A stretch of 56,085 bases of DNA from the NCBI RefSeq assembly GCF_004010195.1, contig NC_057718.1, positions 3,512,932-3,569,016 on the forward strand. Reading direction: 5' to 3'. The number at the start of each line of letters is the position of its first letter. Within the stretch, counting starts at the first letter, position 1. This stretch comes from Chiloscyllium plagiosum (taxonomy: Eukaryota). This document shows positions 46,834-56,085 of the stretch, piece after piece. A program made the position numbers and the translations under genes. The notes beneath the pieces were generated by a model. That model saw only the letters and a program-made list of their open reading frames with translations. It had not been told where the DNA came from and made no database searches.

Positions 46834-48339
46834 AGTGATTTGGATTGTTTCCCTTGTGGTATCAGGAGATTGTGCCTAGTTTACACCGGACTGGGGAAAC
46901 ATTTGGAGAGGGCGAAGAAGGATCCACTCGTCATGGTCTATGTTGGGACGAATAACACTGGGAGCACAAGAAAGGAGGTCTCACTGAAAGACTGTGACCA
47001 ACTGGGGGCGAAATGATAAAGCAGAGTCTCCAAGGTGAGAATCTCTGGATTACTGCCTGAGCCACAGCAAACTGGCACGGGGTAAATACAGTCAAGCAGT
47101 TCAACACATGGCTCAGAGTTCAGTCTGAGTGGAATGGGTTTTAGTTTGTGTGGCACTAGCACCAGTACTAGGGTAAAAGAGAGCTGTTCTTCTGTGGCAG
47201 GCTTCACATTTTGGTCTCAGGTGGAGATCACCAAGCAGGATACAGGATTAGTTAAATACAGAGCCAGAAATTATTCCTCAGCAACCTGTGGGGGTGTGCT
47301 GCACCACAGGGTTGGATTTGATCCCTGACCTTGAGGTCTACAGTTAGGGACACTGCCAGCGTGCCACAGCCCCCAATGCTGTCATTGGTTACACGTCTCA
47401 AGGGCAGCAGCTTCTCTCAAACAAATGGCTCGACCATTTGTCATTTCTGTTGCTGTTCATTCCAAGGCAGTTGTTGATAAAACATGAACACACAGTGGGT
47501 TAGGGCGATGTGGGAGGGGAAAACTTTGTCACCTCAAATGTGCACAAGCTGCCAGCAGCTCCTGGTCAGACTTTTCAATTAATTAGCTCAAGAGCACAGA
47601 CATACAGTTTAATGGTCAGATGATTAGATTTTTATTCAGAAACTGGTTATATCAGACAAATCAAACACAATTCAAAATATCTGCTGAATACTCTCTGCCA
47701 AAAATAATTGACAAAGATAAACAAGAAGAAAACAGCCAAACCACAGACAGCATCTGTTATTCCCTATTGCTCATGATGTCATTTGCCAGTCTCTAACGGC
47801 AACATTTGAAAGCTATATTAGTTCAAAATGTCGAAGCTGATGTGTGGATTGGCTCAAACTTGATTAAACAACAACAACTTGCAGTTTTATAGTGCCTTTA
47901 ATATGGGTAAACTTTCAAGGTTTCTCAAATGCAGTCACACGGGGAGATATTAGTCTGGGTGACATTGCACAATGGCGGCTGAGATGAGGAGGAATTTCAT
48001 CAGCCAGAGGGTGATGAATCTGTGGAAATTATCATTGAAAGGACTGGAAATGCTATAGTTTGGGTACTTTAAAAGAGGGGGGGGTGTGACATTGTTAGTC
48101 AAGGACGGTATTAGAGTGACAGCAAGGACATTTGAGGACTCGTCTGCTGAGGTAGAATGGGCTAAGGTTAGAAACAGGAGAGGAGAGGTCACACAGTTGT
48201 GGGTTTTCTACAGGCCTCTGGAAAACTCCAGAGATGTAGAGGAAAAGATGCAAAGATGATTTTGGATAGAAACGAGAGTCACAGAGGGATGATGGACTAA
48301 TATTGAGAAAATTCCACGTTAACCCAATGTTTCCATTAA

Positions 48340-49300
48340 TTGTTGTTAAAACCCATTAATGCCCTTCAGGGAAGGATATCTACCATTCTTACCTGGTCTG
48401 GCCGACATGTGACTCCAGACCCACAGAGATGCAGATTGCTCTTATTGCCCTCTGGAATAAACAGTGAAGTGACTCAGTTTCAGGGCAATTAGGGATGAGG
48501 AACAAATGCTGGCTTTCCCAGTGATGCCTACATCCCATCACAAAATTAAGTAAAAGAGTTCCCTGGGACTTCACAATAACCTGCCCATTACCTGGCGACA
48601 ATATTGTGGCGACAAGAGCAGGTGGAATCAAGTAACTTGCGCTCTGACTCCCACAGCCTGTCCACCATGTTTCTGCAAAACAGAAGGCAGGAATATGATG
48701 GAATTCTTCTCAATTGCCTGGATGAGTGTAGCTCCAACAACATTCAAAAAGATTCACACCATCCAGGACAAAGCAACCCGCTTGACTGAACCACAACTAA
48801 CACCTTCAACACCGATGGACAGTCTGTACCATCTACAAGTTGCCCTTCAGTAACTCACCAAAGCTCCTCCAACAGTAGCTTCTGAACCCACAGCCTCTCC
48901 CATCTGAAAGGACAAGGACAGTAGCTACATGGGACGCCACCTCCTTCAGGCTCCTCTCCAAGGCACATACTATCCAGACTTGGAATTATATTGTCCTCAT
49001 TCCTTCAATTTCACTGGATCAAATGTCCCAACACCAAATGGACCACAGCAGTTCAGGAAGGCAGCTCACCATCATCACCTTCTCAAAACATAGTAAACAG
49101 GAGCTAGAGTAGACCATTCAGCCCATTGTGCCTTTACCACCTTTCAACATAATCATGGATGATCATCCAACACAGTCCCCTGTTGCTGCTTTCTCTCTAT
49201 ACCCTTTGATACCTTCAGCCCTCAGAACTATATTGAACTCCTCCTTGGAAACATTCAATGTTTTTGCCTCAACTGTTTCCTGTAGCTGAGAATTTCTAGA
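48340..49300. mobile_element. SINE and LINE tail fragments
   Basis: gggcaattagggatg..aaatgctggc tail at about 48483-48540; LINE tail at about 48670-49085; reverse CR1 tail at about 49090-49300. Confidence 0.6.
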
Positions 49301-52300
49301 ATGGATTATGAAGAAGCAATGTGTATAATGAAAGCAAAATGTTTCCTTTACCTGTGAGCTTCATTCCATGATATCCTGGTCCAGAATGATTTCCTGTCAG
49401 AGATAATGGTTTCCCAGATCATTTCAGTTTCAGGTACCTGGCTGAATATATCCCTTACTCAACTGGACCTTCGAAAATTCCTTGAGAAATTTTACTCTAT
49501 GTTAATTATTGTGCAACAGTGCAAGCTTGATGAACTGAATGGTCTCAGCCTGTGTTGTAAGTTACATTATTCTGCATGTAAGCCTGTGATGTTGGTGAAA
49601 ATTGTTTTTGAGAAAACAGAAATATCTGAGAGAAAACAGAAGACTGAAAGGAGACAAAAGACTGGGAAGGCACAGTGCGGAATTGATGTAGTGGAGTCAA
49701 AAATGCAACAGTAGTTTCAAAAATGGCATATACACAACTGACAAATAAACAAAACTTAACGTGACCTACAGTTTTCTACATCATAACTTAACAATTAAGG
49801 AATTTGTACAAATCAGTTCAATTGTCCCTGTCTACAGGATTCAATAGGATGGTTATTTTGTTCATCAGGATTTGCTGTTTGTCGATCTCATTCTCTCTCT
49901 CTCTCTCTCTCTCTCTTTCCCCCCAAGTGTTTTCCACTTCCTTGTATAAAGCATAGAATGGCTGATTTACAAAGTCTGGTTAAAAGCAACATCTTGTAGC
50001 AGCTGGTAAGGGAGAATAAACCGATTTTCTTCAGGCATTAGTTAGCTTTTACTGCAGAGAAAAGGACTCCACCTCAATTTCCAGAGGTCCAATGGCTTCC
50101 GGATATAATCATTCACACTCACAAGCTGTTCATCCCACAGTGATGTGGTGATGCTGGTGTTGTACTGGGGGTGCACATAGTCAAAGATCACATGACACGA
50201 GGTTATACTCCAACAAATTTATTTTAAGTCACAGGTTTTCAGAGCGCTGCTCCTATATCAGGTGAAGTGTTAACAATTACATTGTTATTGGCAGGCACAC
50301 GGCCTTGACACGGAAAGCTGGTTCCCATTCCCCAGATCAGTCAGTTACTTGTTGCATCTCCTCCATCCCCATGCTGCCATTTTGACTGAAATAAGTAGCA
50401 CCACCTCCACTGGGCCTCTTCTGGAGTACTGTATGCAGCTCTGAGCACTCCACTATTAGAACAAAATTATTAAACAGGAGAAGGTTCAGAAAAGATTTCC
50501 AGGATGTTGCCAGGAATGGAGGGTTTGAGTTACAAAAATAATCTGGGAGTTTTTCCACTGGAGCATTGAAGGGGTGATCTTCTCGAGGTTTCTAAAATCA
50601 TGAGGGGCAAAGATCAGGTGACTAGCCTGGGCATTGTCCCTAGGGTGTGGGGAATTCAAAACTCGGGGGCACATTTTTGAGGTGAGAGGAGAAAGATTTC
50701 AAAAGAACTTGAGGGGCACTTCATCTGAAGGAGTGGTTACACTCCAAAAGCCTATGATTTCAAATAAACCTGTTGTACTATAATCTGCTGTCGTGTGAGT
50801 TTAGACTTTGTGAATGTATAGAACAATGCAGTTTCAGAGCTAAAGCAAGTTTTGACTCCAAAAGACAGGATGACACCTCCACGTTCTCCCATTGTCTGTT
50901 GCAGGTATCGGCCCTACAAAGCTCTGCAGAAAACTCAACATGTTAAGGAAGCCTGTCCTCACTTCGTGCTAGGAGAAAGTGAGGACTGCAGATTCTGGAG
51001 ATCACAGTCGAGAGTGTGGTACTGGAAAAGCACAGCAAGTCAGGTGGCATCCAAGGAGCAGGAGAATCGATGTTTCAGGCAAAAGCCCTGATGAAGGGCT
51101 TCACATTGCACTATCCTGGCTGGCGAGGTAGGGATTGCCTCAACCAGAGGGACTACTGGGTGCAGCTGCTGTCATTGAGAGACGTATAGTCTGATTGTAA
51201 TTGTTTTCCTGGAAAGGAGCTGACTGGTCAAGTATTTATATTAATTTATCGTTTTGCCCATCTTACACTGATGTACCTATTCAGCACCCAGCTTCCTTCG
51301 GGTGATGTCTTGCAGCATTGTCACAACACATAGTGACAAAGCAGGCAATAAAGTGTTGAGAATTGATGAGGAGAAGTTATTGGATAAATTATTGTTTCTC
51401 CATGTTGACAAGATACAGGACCGGATGTGATGTATCCAGTCATCCTCAATGAAGTGGAAGGAGAAACTGTGGAGACATTGGCCTTAATCGTTCAGTCCTC
51501 CCTTAACTCAGGAGAGGAACCAAAAGAATGGAGACTTAATTATTATAACATCATGCCCATAGTTATTATACACCAGTCAGTGACTATCAGTGAAGCAGCT
51601 ATTTGGAATAGAATTGGCAGCCATATGGAAAATTTTATTTGGAACAAGAACTGTTAGCATGTTTAGATAGAGAGGGGAATACAGAGAGAGGGAGGAGAAT
51701 GAGGAAGTCAGAGAGATAGACAAACAGGGAGCGAGAGGGATATAGGGATATAGAAATTAGAAGTGGTGAGATATTTAAAAAAAGGAAAGAGATGGAGAAA
51801 TAATTGGAAATAGAGAGACAGAGACAGAGAGATGACCACAGACAGAGAAATAAAAGCGAGGTAGATTGAGAGATAGAAAGAAAGAGAGCAAGGGACAGAG
51901 TAAAGAGCAAGAAAAGGCAAGCAGGGAGCATGTGGACCAGAGATAAAATAGAAGAAACCAGGCAGAGAAAATGAGAGAATGAGAGAAAAATAAGTCAGAT
52001 GCAAGACAGTCAGGGTGAATGAAAGGAAGAGAGATCAGTAACAGATAGAATTTATTCCTGATAAATGTGAGATAATGCACTTTGGAAGAAGTAACAAGAC
52101 GTGGCAGTACTCAATGAATAGGGGGACACTAGGAAACTGAGAGGAACAGAGTGGTTTCAGACATGAAGAGAGACAATAAGCTTGGGTTGCTTTCTTTGGA
52201 GCAGAGAAGATTCGATGAAGGGTTAGGGGTGTAACAGACATGAATAAGGTATTGACAGGATGATTATAAAGCAGCTATTCCCATTAGTCAAAAGGTCAGT

Positions 52301-52854
52301 CACAAGCAGGTTCAGTGGAGATTTGAGGAAACCTTCTTCACCCAGAGGGTGGTGGGTGTCTGGAATGCACTGCTTGAGAAGATGGTTGAGGGGGGAAAGC
52401 TCACAAATTAAAAACTACATGGATAAGCACTTAATCATAATGCTATGCATTTAGGCATTCCATAATTGGCCCAGTGCAGGAATGATATGATTGTCTCGTG
52501 GTTATTACTAGTCAATTAATCTGGAAATTCAGCTAATGTTGAGAGAACTCATGCAAAATCCATTCAGATGCTGCAATTTGAGTTCCATTAAATTTTCAAA
52601 ATAGGAATCCAGTGATTACCAGAAAATTATTGCCAATTGACAGGAAAAGCTAACTGGTTTACTAATGTGTTTTAAGGAAGGAAGCTTGCATCCATCCATG
52701 GTCTGGCTCCAGACCCACGGCAATGTGGTTGACTCTGAGCTGCTGTCTGGTAATTAGGGATGTGAGTAAATGCTGGCCTAACAAGCAAAGCCCTCATCCC
52801 GTGAATGAATAAAAAAGCCCTCACTCACCCATTACCATCAAGTCAGGCAATTAT

Positions 52855-53370
52855 AGAAATTGCTGGAAAAGCTTATCAGGTCTGGCAGCACCCGTGCAGA
52901 GAAATCAGAGTTAATATTTCAGGTCTTGTGACCCTTCCTCAGAATGGATGGTAGGTTGGAAAATGTTGACTTATGTGGAGAAGATAGTGTGTGGGTGGGG
53001 GGATGGTAAAGAGTAAACCATTGACAGAGTTAGAGCCCAAAGAGAGAGAAGAACAGTTGGACAGACAAAGGAGTGGATAATGATCTCACTAGGAGAGTGA
53101 CTAGCTGTTAATGGAGACTGTTAGTGGGGGCAGACTATGTGGTAATAAGGCCTGATGTGTGGGGTTGAGGGTGAGGATATGGGAACATTCAGGCCCTAAA
53201 ATTAGAAACCAACATTTTCCCAGTTACCATCCATTCTGAGGATGGATTACCAGACCCAAAACTTTAACTCTAATTTATCTTCACAGATGCTGCCAGACCT
53301 GCTGAGTTTTTCCAGCAATTTCTCTTTTTGTTTCTGATTTACAGCATCAACAGTTCTTTCAGTTTTTATT
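52855..53370. mobile_element. Penelope-type fragment with about 110-bp inverted termini
   Basis: 52856-52952 (gaaattgctggaaaagct..ggtctggcagca...ctcagaatggatggta) is the reverse complement of about 53225-53322. Confidence 0.65.
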
Positions 53371-53399
53371 TAGCCATGGCATCATCTTTAATTCAATGG

Positions 53400-56085
53400 A
53401 GAGTGCATGAGAACATGTCAGGAGCAGCACCAGGAATCACTGAAAATGAGGTATCAACCTGGTGAAGCTACGAATCAGCATCGGCAGCCAGTGATAGACA
53501 GAGCTAAGGAAGCGCAAAAACAGTGGATCAGATCTAAGCTCTGCAGTCCTGCAACATCCAGTCATGAATAGTTGTGGACAATTAAAACAACTCACTGGAG
53601 GATGATGCTGTACAAATATGCCCATCCTCAGTAATGAAAGAACCAAACACACCAGTGCAAAAAGAAAGGCTGAAGTTTTATAGCAACCTTCAGCCAAAAG
53701 TGCCCAGTGGATGATCCATCTCAGCCTCCTCCAATGGGCCCCGGTAATACAGATACCAATCTTCAGCCAATTTGATTCACTCCATATGATATCAATAATT
53801 GGTTGGAGATCATGATAGTGCAAAGACTCTGGGCCCTGACAACATTCCAGCAAGGGTGGTGAAGACTTGTGCTCCAGAACATGTTGCTCCCCAAGCCAAA
53901 CTCTTCCAGTGCAGTTATGACACTGGCACAATCTAACAATTTGAAAAACTGCCCAGGTATGTCCCATGTGTAAAAAGCAGAACAAATCCAACCCATCCAA
54001 AGCTGCCCCATTAACCTACTCTTGAGCTTCAGTATAATGATGGAGGGTGTCTTCAACAGCTCAGCAATAACCTGCTCAGTGATGCTGAGTTTGGGTTCCC
54101 TCAAACCTGCTCAGCTCCTGACCTCATTCCAGCCTTGGTTCAAACTTGATCAAAACAGCTGAATTCCAGAGGTGAGGTGAGAGCAACAACCCTTGACATC
54201 AAGGCTACATTTGACTGAGTGTGGCATCCAGAAGCCCTTGCAAAACTGAAATTAATTGGTATTGGGGGCAAACTCTCCACTGGTTTGAGTCATGCCTGGC
54301 ACATAGGAAAATGGTCATTGTAGTTGGAAGTCAGTCATCTCATAGAATATAGAACATAGAAGAATACAGCGCAGTACAGGCCCTTTGGCCCTCGATGTTG
54401 CACCAAGCCAAGCCCACCTAACCTACACTAGCCCACTATCCTCCATATGCCTATCCAATGCCCGCTTAAATGCCCATAAAGAGGGAGAGTCCACCACTGC
54501 TACTGGCAGGTCATTCCATGAACTCACGACTCGCTGAGTAAAGAACCTGCCCCTAACATCTGTCCTATACCTACCACCCCTTAATTTAAGGCTATGCCCC
54601 CTCATAATAGCTGACTCCATACGTGGAAAAAGGTTCTCACGGTCAACCCTATCTAAACCTCTAGTCATCTTGTACACCTCTATCAAAAGTCTTCCCTAAA
54701 CCTTCTTTTCTCCAATGAAAACTACCCCAAGTGCCTCAGCCTTTCCTCATACGATCCATCATGACCTCAGGACTCCGGAACTCAATTCCTCTTCCAATAA
54801 AAGCCAGTACGCCATATGTCTTCCTCACCGCACTATTTACCTGGGTGGAAACTTTCGGAGATCTGTGTACATGGACACCAAGATTCCTCTGCTCATCCAC
54901 ACTACCAAGTATCCGACCATTAGCCCAGTACCCCACCTTTTTGTTACTCTTACCAAAGTGAATCACCTCACACTTAGCTACATTGAACTCCATTTGCCAC
55001 CTTTCTGCCCAGTTCTGCAGCTTATCTATATCCTGCTGTAATCTGCCACATCTCAGTTCCAGGTCATCTCTGTAGGAGTTCCTCAGGGTCATGTCCATGG
55101 CCCAACCATCTTCAGCTGCTTCATCAATAACCTTCCTCTATCAGAAAGTCAGAAATGGGGATGTTCACTGATGATTATATAATATTCAGCATCGGGTGCT
55201 GAGGGATGGCCTTATCGAATTTTATAAAATCATAATGGGCATGGATAAAGTGAGTAGCCAAGGTCTTTCTCTCAGGATAGAGGATTCCAAAAATAGAGGG
55301 CATAGGTTTAAGGTGAGAGGGGAAAGATTTAAAAGTAACCTGAGGGACAAACCTTTTCACGCAAAAGGTGGTGGGCGTACAGAAAGACCTGCCAGGAAAG
55401 GTAGTGGAAGCAGATACAAATACCACATTTAAAGGCAGATGGATATGTACATGAACAGGAAGCATTTCAAAGAATATCAGCCAAATACTGCTAAATGGGA
55501 CTAAATCAGTTTATAATCATCAGTGCAGACGAGTTGGACCAAAGGGTCTGTTTCCTTGTGGTAACGCTATGACTAACGGGTTGTGGGTAAGATTCACAAT
55601 TTTGTCAAAACAGAAACCAACTCCTGTGACTGCGACAATTAGCCTGGATGTAGACCAATTGCAACAAAAGTTCCCTTTGTGTATGTATCTGTCTGTTGTC
55701 GTGTGTTTGAACATAGAACATAGAACATAGAACAATACAGCACAGAACAGGCCCTTCGGCCACAATGTTGTGCCGAACATTTGTCCTAGCTTAAGCACCC
55801 ATCCATGTACCTATCCAATTGCCGCTTAAAGGTCACCAAAGATTCTGACTCTACCACTCCCACAGGCAGCACATTCCATGTCCCCACCACTCTCTGGGTA
55901 AAGAACCCACCCCTGACATCTCCCCTATACCTTCCACCCTTCACCTTAAATTTATGTCCCCTTGTAACACTCTGTTGTACCCGGGGAAAAAGTTTCTGAC
56001 CGTCTACTCTATCTATTCCTCTGATCATCTTATAAACCTCTATCAAGTCACCCCTCATCCTTCGCCGTTCCAACAAGAAAAGGCC
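53400..56085. mobile_element. Nested LINEs: older plus-strand LINE (about 53400-54340 and 55055-55180) interrupted by minus CR1 (about 54342-55050); plus CR1 tail about 55190-55575; minus CR1 tail about 55705-56085
   Basis: ccttgacatcaaggctacatttgactgagtgtggcat (LDIKATFDxVWH-type motif); ORFs 54423-55098 and 55786-56076 are CR1 C-termini; (CATAGAA)n reverse tails. Confidence 0.85.

Noticed and set aside
47491-47530. RSS (CACAGTG heptamers here and at about 19261, 19756 and 30205)
   Set aside because: No ACAAAAACC-like nonamer at 12/22/23 spacing and not adjacent to V exons.
49352-50005. Candidate mini-exons (minus about 49352-49393; plus 49928-50005)
   Set aside because: The plus candidate has stops in all three frames; the minus candidate has a weak acceptor and no partner exons.
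51635-52080. Hydrophobic ORFs resembling membrane proteins (also 39203-39403 and 16963-17250)
   Set aside because: Translations of GA/CT low-complexity tracts.

Overview
Vertebrate genomic DNA, most likely from a cartilaginous fish. This is inferred from the dense CR1/HER1-like LINEs, Penelope-like fragments and shark-type SINE tails. Most of the window is transposon-derived, and there is one 503-N assembly gap. The non-repeat content is a + strand tandem cluster of immunoglobulin-superfamily receptor genes built from germline-joined V-J exons. Gene 1 has its 5' end and leader outside the window and splices in frame through seven GT-AG exons: VJ domain (45-395), VJ domain (4070-4414), transmembrane exon (11129-11248) and four small cytoplasmic exons (12706-12770, 14427-14468, 14564-14606, 15593-15609). 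The deduced tail carries a CD28/DAP10-like YGNM motif and a canonical ITAM (YSTL-x7-YSNI), split by a phase-0 intron at the position seen in CD3zeta/FcRgamma/DAP12. This reads as a non-rearranging, antigen-receptor-like molecule with its own activating signals, a 'natural CAR-like' layout. A degraded paralogous copy lies downstream: intron homology at about 26.6-28.0 kb and pseudo-VJ exons at 41472-41815 and 45173-45512. That copy is interrupted by a complete Gypsy LTR element with Gmr1-type PR-INT-RT-RH order, itself nested in an older LTR and carrying further LINE insertions. All gene models are by-eye predictions without transcript evidence.
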